64,000 nt of DNA, from NCBI GenBank assembly GCA_043228905.1, contig JBHGNT010000013.1, forward strand, positions 3,844,001 to 3,908,000. The letters run 5' to 3'. This DNA comes from Azolla caroliniana (Eukaryota > Plantae > Polypodiophyta). The position numbers and the translations under genes are program-made. The notes under the pieces were generated by a model that saw nothing but the letters and a program-made list of their open reading frames with translations, did no database searches and was not told the origin of the DNA. Positions 49,538-62,065 of this stretch are shown in pieces; position 1 is the first letter of the stretch, and every line of letters starts with the position of its first letter.

Positions 49538-51486
49538 CTACTAAATACTTTCGATTTTGTATATTTCCTTCCCATATTTAGTATTCCATAGGAAACAAAC
49601 GTACAAAACCGTGTACACAAAACCATGGTTTTAGCCTATGGTTTTCTACATGCCACAAGGAAAACCGTGTGCCCGAAAACCATGGGTATAAGCCCATGGT
49701 TTTGTGCATGTTGGAAGGATAGATAAACCTATAAAAACCCTTGTAAGGCTTGTGTAATAGGGGGGGGATCAATCAATGGATGAATCAAACAATCTATGAA
49801 TCAATCTATGTATCAAATCGAAAATTAATAATAAGAATACTTAGTTATCTTATTGGTGATGTGTATCTATCTACCTATCTATCTTAAAAACTTCCTCAAA
49901 TTTTGTTTCTCTCTCTCTCTCACTCTAACCACATTAGTGCGTCACTTCAGCCGCCCATCATCCATAACCACCAGCGGATAGAGGCTTGGTGCTTGTCCGC
50001 GCTTGTGACGCGCACATTCTGACGTTTGCCACGTGTGTCACGCGCCACGCGACAACGTGGATAAGTGTGAGGGTTAAATGAGCGTGTAAAAAAGGGGAGG
50101 ATTAATTTTAATCCTCGGGATTGAGAAAACCCATTAGGCCAAGTGTGAACTTGCCTGGGGGCCTTGGGTATCGCTATAAATATGAGGCCTAGCTACCCTC
50201 ATTTCATCATATCTTGACTAGTCGAGGTTAACTCTTGTCGCGAGCGCGCCAGCACCAGGTATGACTCGACGCCACGACGGTGGTATGGGAAGCCAATCGA
50301 GGCTTGAGTCCTTCTCGATCCCTTCGCTCAGGGGTGGTCGGGTGGATCGACACCCTTCTTTCTCTCTCTTCTTTCTATCTATCTATCTTTTATCCTTATC
50401 ATATGCTTACTTTAGATCATAACTCTAACAACCATGGCCGTCTATTTCTAAGGCTTTGATAGTATTTTAATAGTACCGGATCGGTTCACAAAGATGGCAC
50501 ATTTTGTACCGTGTGTAAAGACCATTAGTAGTGAAGAAACTGCAGATCTCATTATGCGTGAGGTGTTTCGCAATCATGGTCTCCCAAATGATATTATTTG
50601 CGATCGAGGTCCTCAATTGATCTCATACTTTTGGAAGCACCTATGGGTAGGCCTCAAAATCTCCTGCAAACTTTGTTCGGCTTATCATCCACAAACTGAC
50701 GGACAAACAGAGTGCACAAATCAAACACTCGAGGAGTATCTTTGATGCTTCATGAGTTATCAACAAGATGATTGGAGCAATATTTTACATCTTGCCGAGT
50801 TTGCATATAACAACACTGTACATTCTTCTACCAAAATTACACCTTTGTTTGCCTACATTGGCAACCACCCTCGATGGTGTATCCTGGATCTCCCTGAGGT
50901 ATCACGAAACCCTAAGTGCGGCCCATTACCTCCACCGACTACAACAAATCCAATTTGAGTTATCTTCACATCTTAAAAAAGCACAAGCATACCATAAGAC
51001 CAATGCCAATCGACATCGTCATAAGTCTCCTTTTAAGGTTGGTGACTGAGTATGGTTGCTTTGTCGTCACATCAAGACTACCCGCCTGTGTGCTAAGTTC
51101 AATTATCAACGCTTAGGTCCTTTTGTCATTACAACATGGATTAATGATGCAACATTTCGTCTTAACCTTCCTGCACATATGTGGCTTCACACAGTCTTTC
51201 ATAGCTCTCTTTTGGAACCTTGCCGCACCTCTTTAGTTCCTAATCGTGTCGTACCACCACCGCCTTCTGTCCAACTGGTTGACGGCCCCGAATACGAGGT
51301 AGCTACTATTCTCGATTCAAAGATTGTGTGCAATAAGCTTTATTATTGTAATGCTCAAGCTCTTGTCGACGACTTCCATCGCCACTATCCAAACAAACCC
51401 GTCCCTACAATGTTAACGCCGACTTCCACTCGCCGTTCTCGAAGGAGGGATAGTGCCATGAAGACATAACCATTATGGAGTGACCC

Positions 51487-51541
51487 GGACTTGAACCTCG
51501 AACCTTGGAATCCATAATTGAAAAACTCACCCATTGAGATA
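51487..51541 (-). promoter_or_regulatory. tRNA-type A/B box module in LTR U3 (antisense)
   Basis: Minus TATCTCAATGG and GGTTCAAGTCC, 44 nt apart, followed by GGGTCACTCCA. Confidence 0.55.
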
Positions 51542-53055
51542 GCTTATTGTCATATACGGGGATAAAAGCTATTTTTTGTATTAAATTGATTATTGTAAAA
51601 ACTGTAGATCATTCTAGAACATTATAGAAATCTCGAAGCTATTCTATAGGAACCTATAAATAAGGGCATATATGTATTCTCAAATCAATTCGAATCAACA
51701 CTAGTCTTTAGCTCTCATTACATATCTTGTGTCTATTCTCTTTCTATCTCTATCTTAATACACCCATTCTTCTCTTAGCATTTCGTTCCTTTCTTCTCGT
51801 GTTCCCTTATATCCTTCTTCCATCACTCTATCTTTTATTCTTGGTTCTGACACCCAATCGAATTAGTCAGTGATCAAGGTACTCACTTTGTTAATAAAGT
51901 CATTTATGAATTATCAAACTATTATGCAGTGGTGTGCCTAAAAAGAGTATACCATACTATCCACAAGCTGATTGGTTAGCCGAATCGACAAACAAAACAA
52001 TTCAAACAATTCAGAGGAAGATTGTCAATAAGAATTGGACCGACTGGGACCACAAGTTACATAGTGAATTATGGGCATATTAGACGAAATACAAGACGAC
52101 AATTCGATCGACTCCATTGAGGATGGCATTCAGCCTAGAGGCAGTTATGCCGATCAAATTTCAAATTCCAAGTTTGCGAGTATAGGCGACCGACTGACTC
52201 GATGAAGAACAATTCAAACAGATTCGAAAAGAACAACTTCTTATGTTGAAGAAAGTTGGTTGCAGTTGATGTGGCATTTGGAACAAAAATAGAGAAAATT
52301 GAAGGCATTTGTCGATCGACACCGACAATGTAAGAAGAAGTTGTTCGAGATGGGTAAACCAGTCTTAGTCTTTCCGACGAAGATGGGGTTTATGCCAGGA
52401 AAATTGCGCTTTAGATGGACCGGTCCTTATTGTATTTTCAACAACAAGGGCATGTATTAGATCAGCACATTAGCTGACGAAGTCTTACCAAAGTGGGTAA
52501 ACGGATTCCGACTCAAAACTTATCAAGGCCCGACACCAACAAACCCATTCATACCTAACAAAGAAACCGACAATTGGCCGACTATCCCAGTTCCGGTCGA
52601 TAGGCCATAATTGTAAATACAAAAAAAAATCAAGAAAAGAAAAGAAAACATAAAACAAACGTAACAAAAAATTGAATCAAATATTGGCATCATTACTTCT
52701 TGGCACTGTCCTTTTCAGACTATATATGGACATGCACAATTATGATTCAATACTTATGACGAGTGGTGGCTATTGAAAGGGCATTAATAGCGTGTTCTAT
52801 TATTATAATGTTTTATCTCAAGTTATGGACCTGTTCGATAGAAAAACTTTTTCACTTCCTTTTCCTGTCATAGAAAAGCATAGACAAACCCTATTACATA
52901 GGAAAATATAGGAAAACAAAGTGAACCACATACACGCATAGGCGAACAACGAGCGAAGCAGAGACGTGTAGACGACCATGCGAACACTCTGATTCTCTTC
53001 TTCAAGCATAGAAAATAGCAAGGTCTTAGACGACGGTGAGAAATAGGAAGAAATC

Positions 53056-53720
53056 ATGTCGTTGGCTACAAACAAATGAGTTGCAGGGATACCTTCAAGT
53101 TACGGATGCGGAACCCCACCCACAGGGAGAGGAAATAATCAAACAAATCGACATCGACGAAATCACAAACAAACAGGTATGCCGATTCTTGAATATGAAG
53201 AAGGAAGGTTACAATGAGATGGACACACTTGAATCGGAGATTTTGCAATCATATTTTGATGAGTATTCTCTGTCCGCCAAAGGCTTCAAAACTCAAGGCG
53301 GTGATGACATATTTTTTCATGATGTGGCTAAATTCCTGTTGGAAGTGGCTTGTGTTAGCCCTAGGTCCTATTGCATGCCGAAACAGAGGGCATGATTCAT
53401 CATAGCGACATATGAGGGGGAAAAATTTGACTGGGGGTGGATTACAACAATCGTCCTCCAGGAGCAATTACATGTCGTACAAAAGGGGAAACCCATGTAG
53501 AAAATTTTCGCACAGTGGTTGGTAGTATTATTTCCAGTGCTAGTAGTCGACAACGGATGTAGGACCCCAGGATGGGAGAAGGAGTAGTCAACACATGCAT
53601 TACCAAAACAAGTGGCCCGAAGACTAGTACTACGAGAAGAGTGGCAGGAACCGCAACCGACACCTGAGCAAACACCCGACGCCCAGGATCAACCAGAGCC
53701 AAACAAAACAACAGAAGTGC
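53056..53720 (+). pseudogene. Extra ORF downstream of pol in the non-chromovirus Gypsy (unknown function)
   Basis: ORF 53036-53395 continues past TGA as FIIATYEGEKFDWG; lies after the integrase GPY region. Confidence 0.5.
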
Positions 53721-54691
53721 TGGGAAAAAAGGTCCCTCCTGATGGGAAGATTACAAGTTGAATATTCAGAGTCGACAAATCAAATAATCAATTGATAGCC
53801 GATTCGGGAGGCTATATTTGTAAGTAGTTTGAATGTGCCCATTGGGACTATACTTTCACTCATCATAATTGATATATAAATCATAGATTTAATATGTTTA
53901 AGAGTTATCTTAACGCATATTTTCTAGGAAAAAGCTACTCATGCACATCTAGTATTCATGCAAACTTTAGTTAGAAGAAAAATGCAGGATAAAATTTTAA
54001 ATTAAAAAAAAAGCTACTAAGGCACATCGAGCATGCATGCACACTTTAGGAAAAGCATGATGCTTGCTATGTGGTAAGATATACTTAGCATCTTCCATCA
54101 CTATATAAGGAGAAGAAAAAGATTTATCTTGGTCGTTGATTCTTGGGTTTTAATAGGATTTCTAAATATTGATCTAATTTACTATACTTGTGTGATTCAC
54201 GATTTTTCAATCTATCTTTTCTAATCTATTCCAATCTACTATAGAAAGGGTTCTAAGGGTTGATTAATCTAATATAATACACTCGTGGAATTACAAGGTT
54301 TTCTACATCTCTCTCTTTCAATCTTATTTTCTTGTTTTCCTAAAATTACTTGTCCTCCTAGTCCATAACCTCAACGGTTCCCACCTGACTCACGCAACGA
54401 TCCGGCACTGAAAGGCACGACACATGTGGTGAACCCGACGTGAAGACGGGTGGCAAGGAGATGGATAATCGACAAGAGGCGAGCAACATGATGACAATGT
54501 TTGAGCGGATGCTGTAAGAGCAACACGCGATGTCAAAGGTCGCAACGATAGCAGAGTGACTCTTGCAACGGAACGGGGAATTCGATGGAAAGGACGTATC
54601 ACATTTGCCGGACGCACCATATATTGTAGATATGACCAATTTCAACTAGCCATGGATAGACGGGATATCACTACAATGGAGTCACCAATAG

Positions 54692-55147
54692 TGTCACAGA
54701 CATGACAACAATTATGTCAAGGTTTGAACTCTTGACCTCTTGTAATATAGTCAAGTGGTATATTGTAACCAACACATCCATGTACATAATCGTATTATGT
54801 ATATCGGCATAGATTATCTATTCACGTTCTAGGAGGTTTTAGAAAGTTCTAGTACTAGAAGGTCCTAGAGGGTTCTAAAATATTCTCAAGAATATTCAAA
54901 TGCATATACTGTACTTCAAATCACATTATAAATACTTGTAACCTCCCTTGTCCCTTTCAAGGGATTCAAGACCTGTCATTGAAACATCAATCTAGTATTC
55001 CCGTTTCGCCTCATCTTTGTGTCCTCGATCTTTATTTCTGTCTTCATGCCCTCATGTCGCTCGTCACATCTAGCTCCAAGTTCATTTGTCACTCGTAGTT
55101 CCATCATTTGTGCTTCGTCCTAGTCCGCGCTTGGTGTGTCCATGACA
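54692..55147 (+). mobile_element. Solo LTR (456 bp) related to the 1127 chromovirus LTR
   Basis: TGTCACA...ATGACA; TSD AATAG/GATAG; shares TCAAGGTTTGAACT.TGACCTC. Confidence 0.82.
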
Positions 55148-57153
55148 GATAGGATTAGTCCGGATGTGTATGATACGACAAGGAGTGATGAACTCGGTTA
55201 CACATATGATGAATGCAATGAATAAGGTGCTTCAAGACTCCATTCTGGAGATAACAATGACGTTCTTAGATGACATTCCGATGAAAGGATGTGTGATGGA
55301 AGAAAATGATGAGACTATGGATGATCAGGGATGTCGAAAGTTCGTAGTTGACCATATTCGTGATTGTGAGAAAGTGTTATAGAAGTTAGAAGATGTGTAC
55401 CTAACACTCTCCGGCGAAAAATTCGCGTTCAGACAAGAAGAGATACTGGTAGTCAGACATCTATGTGGGCCCTACAGGCGAATACTGTCACCAGCCATGA
55501 TCGATGCGATTGAAGCCATATGCGAGTCACAATCCGAAGTTCACAGGTTTCTTGCGGCATGTGCATTCTATCACATATGAATTCTGCACTATGCAAACAT
55601 TGGAAACCCACTCTATCACTTGCTGCAGAATGGGAAAAGTTTCGAATTGAATCCGGAGCACACCAAAGTTGTGTTGAAGCTCAAGAAAGCACTACGGAGG
55701 GAGGTAGCGCTTAAGAAACCGAACTATGATAGAATGATCGTAGTAACAGTTGATACAAGTCCAACTGGGATCGAATGGGTCATCAATGAAGCCGATCCAG
55801 ATGGTTCACGATATCAGATCGGATTCAAAGCAAAGGTGCTTAAGGAAAGGAAACAAGGATATGCATAAATTAAAAGAGAATTATGGGGAGTTATATCGGT
55901 GATAAAATCGAATCAAGATTATTTGATTGGAGCCAAAGTAGTGATTGAAACAGATTGTTTTCAAATACTCAGGATGATGTGATGTTGCTCGGTGCCAGAT
56001 GTGGCTATGCTAAGATGGATTGCATATGTAAAGTCTCTTAATCCGGAGGTACAACACATATCGGGAAAAGACAACACGGTAGCAGGTATGCTATCAAGGG
56101 CACGATTTAGAGATGACATAGCCGAATCGGATAATGAGGAAGTTTCCGAAGACTACTTTACTTCAGAGCACATATGCCGGGTGAACATAATTTGGGAGTT
56201 TCAAGAAGACAAATACGAGGGAGAAAGCTTGATGATCGCAAAAGTGCTAGAAGAAATCGAGGAATCATCAGACAATAAGGAAAAGAGAGCCGATATTCCA
56301 ACTGAAGGAAGAAACAACAAGTCCAGAAGTTTTTCTTCAACAATGGATTAATCTGGGGGGAGCCGAAAAGACTGGATGATATACCATTATGGGTAATCAA
56401 CACAAAGGAATAACAGAAACAAATAATATCTGAATTTCACGAATCCGATTGGGATGGTCATCGGAGAACATGGGTGACATTTGCAAAGATCAAGAAAAAA
56501 TATTATTTGAAGAATATGTACATGGATATGGTGGAGTTCACCGAAAGCGACGAGAAATGCCAAATCTACTCCGGAGTTCAACACCGGTGTCGTGCCTTTC
56601 GGCTCCGGATCGTTTGCGTGAGTCGGGTGGAAACCGCTGGGGTTTTGGACTAGGAAGAGGAGAGTTTTAAGGCTAATAAGAATATAAATATGTTATAAGA
56701 AAGAGTTATAGCAAACTCGTGAATCCCACGAGTGTATTGTATTTGATTAATCAATATGAATATAAGAATATAAATTTGGGTTGAAAGAGAATGATATAGA
56801 ATCCTCGTGAATCCCACGAGTATAGTTTATTAATTGGTGTTTTTTAGAAACATATCCAGTTTCCAAGTATTTTTCACACACAATTACATTGTGCTCCCCA
56901 TCCTTATGTAGTGATGAGGAAGTCTTAGTAATCCATGCTTTTTCTCTAACTATAGACCCCATGCTTTTCCTATAGATAGACTATATGCTTTATCTAAAGT
57001 GATGATGCTTTTTTCTAACTTGTGCGTATTTTATCATGCACGCTAAATGTGTATGTATAGCTTTTTCTTTTGTTATGCGTTTTTGTAATGTTTATCCTAG
57101 CGTGAATTTACCTTTCTATGTGGGACATCTATGCTTTAACATTAATGCAATGC

Positions 57154-57207
57154 TAGTGTAATGGTAAGACATTACATTATTAACATGGAGGTGCAAGGTT
57201 CGAATCT
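57154..57207 (+). promoter_or_regulatory. tRNA-type A/B box module in LTR U3 (antisense to element)
   Basis: TAGTGTAATGG at 57154 and GGTTCGAATCT at 57197 (43 nt); copy at about 59936-59989. Confidence 0.6.
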
Positions 57208-57317
57208 TGCCCTATGCATGTTCCATTTATTTTGCTATTTTCTTCTATTTCTTCATTTTTTATTGAATCTAATACTATATACGTTTTTCACGTAGTGTAC
57301 AAAATACACTACGACAC

Positions 57318-58402
57318 TCACCCCCTCCAAACCCGCACATCCTCCGGTATGTGCCGAAGTTGTTGGTGTTTGTTAGTCTCCTCCGTCCGGTCTCTACCCG
57401 ATTGGTTTCGTTGCCGGCTCGTAGTACCCTCGACTTCTCTTGTTATGTTGACTTTGTCTCTCCATTTGGAGCACATCCATTCTTTCCACCCGAACCATTG
57501 TCGACATTCGATCCACCATAGTCTTCGTTCGCTTTTTGCATGGCCCGCTTGGTCCTTGTCATCCGCGGTAGTATCTTTTCTTGCCCACTTTCTTTCCTTC
57601 ATCAATCTCGACTTCTTTTCGGATTTTCGGTTTAGTCGGATTAGCTTACTTCCGATTCGGTCTCGTCGGATCGTCTTTCGTTTAGTTCGGCTTCCTTTCC
57701 GATTTGTATTCGGTCGATCCGGACTCGGTTGATCGGTTTTTACCGATTCAGTGCTCTTTCGGGTCGGTTTCTTTTCTTTTCTTTTCGCCGGATTTGCTTT
57801 CTTTTCTTCGTTTTCACCTGCCTTGTCCGGTTCGACTTTCGGCACTTCTTTCCGTTGTTCGCTACGTAGGTCCTCCGATATGTGCTCGTTGTTCGGTCCT
57901 CGTGTGGTTGTAATGCATGCTTCTTTTCTCGCCGTAGCGCGTGCTTCTTTATTCGCCATAACACGCGTTTCTTTATTCGCCGTAGAGCGTGCTCTGTATT
58001 ACGCGCTTCTCCCGTCGTAGACCCGACCTCCGCATTGTCGCACTTTCTTTTAGATTGGAATTTCGGATGGATCATTTTCCATCCGAACCGACTTCCGACT
58101 TTACCTTCCTCGCCGCCATCTCCCGTCTCTCCGGTCTCACGTTGGTTCTCGGACACAACCGCCGAAGTCTCTAGATATTGTTGGCATGAATCCTCGGTAT
58201 TACCTTCTTTCGTAGTTTCACCCTTAGCATTCTTCTCGGCTATCTCTTCATCGTATTCGTCGGCTTCGACATTCGTTTTCTCTCCGCCACCTTCCGTCTC
58301 TTCGGTCTCACGTTGCCTTTCGATCGCAACCGCCAGAGTCTCTAGAATCAGTGGTGGGGAAGTCTCGATATGGCAATCCGCCATTGATTCGTCCATAGCC
58401 AC
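57318..58402 (-). CDS. Charged low-complexity extension of the gag-like ORF (acidic then Lys/Arg-rich), frameshifted
   Basis: Overlapping ORFs 57740-58402 and 57318-57959. Confidence 0.4.
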
Positions 58403-59352
58403 CTCCGATTCGATTTCGTCTTTGTGGCTACCTCCTTAATCACATCCGCTTCACACTCTTTATCTGCATCAATTATGCAAACATCTATTATGCTTACCCC
58501 TTTTTGACCCGATGTCTCGGGCACTTGTATCCCGAAATTTCCTTCTACACTTGAATTATCGGCCTTATCCTTCGCCATCGTTCTTTCACAAGACGAGTGG
58601 GTGTCTTGTTCCACTCTTTCTCCCGTGGTACCATCATGTTGTATTTCAGCCTTCATATTGGCTTCATCGTTTTTCCTCAATCGACCATCCTTCATGGGCC
58701 ATGTCGTTGTTGACGAGATTCTCAGCTTCCTTTCATCATGTCTTCGGCATACCCTTTCGACTTTGGCCCAATCCTCGGTAAGGCCGTTCGCACCGTCATC
58801 ATCTTCGAGTTCGATCCCAATGTCCATCCTTTCTTTCCGATCGATCGATCTTACGAACATTAAGACTTTATCTTCTCCCACCAATCTTCGTTCCCGCTCC
58901 GAGAGTCGAGCAAAACGATGCTCGAACTCTAGGAACGCTTGCGTTGCACTTCGGTGAGTCTTCTCCGACGCCACCCATTCGTCGAATTCTCGTCGATCTC
59001 GTCCCGTCCATCTCTCATAGTCATATGCCTCCCGTAAAGCTTCTTCAAAGGACTCCCATGTCGAGTTTTGTTGTTGTATCTTGTGGATTTTCCCTTGAAG
59101 CCCGTCGGTCGCCACCCGGTTAAAGGATGTCACTTGCAGTCCTTCCGAAGCCCGGCACCGGAGCATCTCCGCCTTGTAGTCCTGCAAATATCGCGACACA
59201 TCCTTACCATTAAATTGCCCGTTGCGTTGCACGAGCCGCTCTACTGATGCCGAAATCTCCGACATCGTGCGTTGTTCTTGAAGCATCCGTTCGAACATCG
59301 CCATCATATTGTTAGCTTGTTGAGCCTCCATCTCCTTGCCACCCGTCTTCAC
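58348..59352 (-). CDS. gag: gag capsid-like protein of the non-autonomous element
   Basis: 334-aa ORF starting at the PBS, homologous to 6796-7590. Confidence 0.72.
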   Translation of the reverse strand: MKTGGKEMEAQQANNMMAMFERMLQEQRTMSEISASVERLVQRNGQFNGKDVSRYLQDYKAEMLRCRASEGLQVTSFNRVATDGLQGKIHKIQQQNSTWESFEEALREAYDYERWTGRDRREFDEWVASEKTHRSATQAFLEFEHRFARLSERERRLVGEDKVLMFVRSIDRKERMDIGIELEDDDGANGLTEDWAKVERVCRRHDERKLRISSTTTWPMKDGRLRKNDEANMKAEIQHDGTTGERVEQDTHSSCERTMAKDKADNSSVEGNFGIQVPETSGQKGVSIIDVCIIDADKECEADVIKEVATKTKSNRRWLWTNQWRIAISRLPHH

Positions 59353-61736
59353 GTCGGGTTCACCAACTGTGTCGTGCCTTTCGGCTCCGGATCGTTTGCG
59401 TGAGTCGGGTGGAAACCGCTGGGGTTTTGGACTAGGAAGAGGAGAGTTTTAAGGCTAATAAGAATATAAATATGTTGTAAGAAAGAGTTATAGCAAACTC
59501 GTGAATCCCACGAGTGTATTGTATTTGATTAATCAATATGAATATAAGAATATAAATTTGGGTTGAAAGAGAATGATATAGAATCCTCGTGAATCCCACG
59601 AGTATAGTTTATTAATTGGTGTTTTTTAGAAACATATCCAGTTTCCAAGTATTTTTCACACACAATTACATTGTGCTCCCCATCCTTATGTAGTGATGAG
59701 GAAGTCTTAGTAATCCATGCTTTTTCTCTAACTATAGACCCCATGCTTTTCCTATAGATAGACTATATGCTTTATCTAAAGTGATCATGCTTTTTTCTAA
59801 CTTGTGCGTTTTTTATCATGCACGCTAGATGTGTATGTGTAGCTTTTTCTTTTGTTATGCGTTTTTCTAATGTTTATCCTAGCGTGAATTTACCTTTCTA
59901 TGTGGGACATCTATGCTTTAACACTAATGAAATGCTAGTGTAATGGTAAGACATTACATTATTAACATGGAGGTGCAAGGTTCGAATCTTGCCCTATGCA
60001 TGTTCCATTTATTTTGCTATTTTCTTCTATTTCTTCATTTTTTATTGAATCTAATACTATATACGTTTTTCACGTAGTGTACAAAATACACTACGACACC
60101 GGGAAATATTACATACGACATTCTCGCCGACAATCAACTTTAAATGAATGGTCAACATCATGGCCATGCCAACTAGGATCGGACAAAAGAAGTACTTGGT
60201 GCTAGCTTGGGAGGATCTGACGAACCAGGTAGAAGGTCGGGCACTACGAAGGAAAACATGTTTTGTAGTATGCCAATTTCTCTTGGAAGAGGTGTTCTGC
60301 AAATACGGGTTCGTAGGACAAGTGATTGCGGATCAGGGAGAACTTGACTCCGATAAAGCTAGGGAATTCTTCACCAAACATGGACTACGGTTGACACTAA
60401 CCACAACATACAATCCAAAAGCAAACGGGAAGATCGAACGACAATATAGTCCAATTGTAAAAGCACTTGCAAGAGCATACGACAATAGGGTGGCCGCAGA
60501 TGCTTCCATATGCACTATGGGTGGATCGTTCAACGCATAGTTCTGTGACTGGTTATATGTGAACGGAACTTATGACTGGACAAGCTCTGGTAATGCCTAC
60601 GGAAACCACAATTTCGACATGGACAGTGCTACCATGGAAGGAAGAGATGAATCGGGAAGAACTACTAGCAGTCCCGATACGACAACTAGAAGGAAGACTA
60701 GATGGCATAGTTGAAGCAGTACAACGACAACAAGAAGCACGATACTAGAACAAACAACGATTCGACAAAAAACACCATTTATGACCACGGAAGATTGAAG
60801 ACGGAGATTTGATTATAGTCCCCCGTAGCAGTTTGGATTATCAATACAGAACGATACGGAAATTCACTTGAAGGTGGTTTAGACCATACGAGGCTCAAAA
60901 GTATTCGACAACAGAATTTACCGGCTAAGTGAGCTAGATGGAGCAGTACTTTAAGTGCCTATAGCGGGGAAGCGGGTGAAGAGTTTCAAGAAGCAAACTG
61001 ACGTCAAACCCTACGTAATCTTAGACAACCTTGACACAGAAGAGCAATCGGACAAGGATCGCGAAGGTGCGGAAAGTGAAGAAAGTGGGCTAGAATTAAT
61101 AATCGACATAGGGGAAGAGACAAAGGGTGCTATAGATGAAGTAGAGTAACAAGCACCATCAACCTCGGAACATATCAGAGGATGTACAGGTTCGGAACGT
61201 GTGAGTGTTGTAGTGTACTTCATACATTACGTGAAATATGTACGGAGTACCCAATTAAATAAAAATAAATAAATAGAAGAGAATACTTTAAAACATATAC
61301 ATTACATGCACAAGGCAGGATTTGAACCCTATACCTCCATGTAGACAAACCCAAACCTTGATATACATATAGATTTAATATGTTTAAGAATTATCCTCAC
61401 GCATATTTTCTAGAAAAAAGCTACTCATGCACATCTAGCGTTCATGAAAGAAAAACGCAGGATAAAATTTTAAATTAAAAAAACAACTATTAAAGGGACA
61501 ACGACATTGAACTCTTCTTTGTCGACTGACGGCTACAAAGTTACACACACACACTCTCTCTCTCTCTTTCCTGTCTAGTTACAGAGACCACTACCTTCTA
61601 CAACTATTTCACAATAATGATACACTCCTAATTATTCACACCTCATATGGTTCGGCCTAGTTGTATTTATACTAATACAACTTTAGGTACTTGGTAGATA
61701 TTTCACATAATGTACAAAGTACACTACGACCACGTG

Positions 61737-62065
61737 AGGTTTTTATAGACATGAGTCTATACAACAACTTTAACGAGGACACAGATGCCGAAGTTCTGTG
61801 GAAGAAGATCGAGTTCTTTTTTGAGAACAAGAATGTCATAAACAAAGTCTCAGTCTTCAGAAAGATAGTGAGACTGAGGTATCATGATGGATCTAGCATG
61901 GCGGAGCACCTGAACGCCTTCCAAGGACTCATAAATCCAACCACCTCTCTAGAAGTACCTCTTGCCGATGAGGTATTAGCATTATTGTTGTTGGGATCCC
62001 TTCCGAACAGCTAGAAGACGCTCATTGTCACATTGGGCAACGCCGAACTGGAAGGGAAGCATCTT
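61737..62065 (+). pseudogene. gag: Copia gag fragment
   Basis: LWKKIE...SMAEHLNAF...LLLLGSLPNS motif. Confidence 0.75.

Larger units (their letters stand above)
47122..50054 (+). mobile_element. Non-autonomous tRNA-Trp-primed LTR element (2.9 kb)
   Basis: LTRs 47122-47815 and 49349-50054, 4-bp TSD ATGT/ACGT, PBS TGGTGAACCCGATGTGAA 47821-47838, PPT GGTGGGGGTGGA; no recognisable gag or pol. Confidence 0.88.
47060..50430 (+). mobile_element. Solo LTR of the 23530 family, split by a non-autonomous element
   Basis: TGTTACGGGC at 47060 ... CTCTAACA at 50430; TSD GCCAT/ACCAT. Confidence 0.88.
42904..51852 (+). mobile_element. Degenerate self-priming chromovirus with nested inserts
   Basis: LTRs 42904-43298 and 51454-51852, TSD CCCAA, gag 43359-44574, pol 44560-47059 and 50431-51453, partial chromodomain, PPT GAAGGAGGGATAG. 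Confidence 0.92.
41110..53750 (+). mobile_element. Old 5'-truncated non-chromovirus Gypsy (RT, RNase H, integrase, extra 3' ORF), split by a chromovirus
   Basis: FLDDF RT, GHYAG...GLWWPT, AIDYCMKWVEAKAL; integrase resumes at 51853; about 150-bp tandem duplication at 41907-42209. Confidence 0.75.
56588..60098 (-). mobile_element. Young gag-only non-autonomous tRNA-Trp-primed LTR element (3.5 kb)
   Basis: Near-identical 729-bp LTRs 56588-57316 and 59370-60098, 4-bp TSD CCGG, perfect Trp PBS 59348-59365, PPT GGAGGGGGTGAG; removal restores the host integrase frame. Confidence 0.93.
53870..61497 (+). mobile_element. Degenerate pol-containing tRNA-Trp-primed Gypsy (both LTRs truncated, gag mostly deleted)
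   Basis: 5' LTR remnant ending 54422, PBS 54427-54444, gag start, RT (FLDDI), RNase H (VDTSP), integrase (ADQG, NPKANGKIER), 3' LTR from 61206 matching 53870-54025. Confidence 0.8.

Noticed and set aside
57147-57220. Functional tRNA gene
   Set aside because: A and B boxes are present but the acceptor and anticodon stems do not pair convincingly; it is part of an LTR and is reported as a promoter-like module instead.
57214-58957. Plus-strand Ser/Phe-rich ORFs
   Set aside because: They are antisense shadows of the purine-rich minus-strand ORFs.
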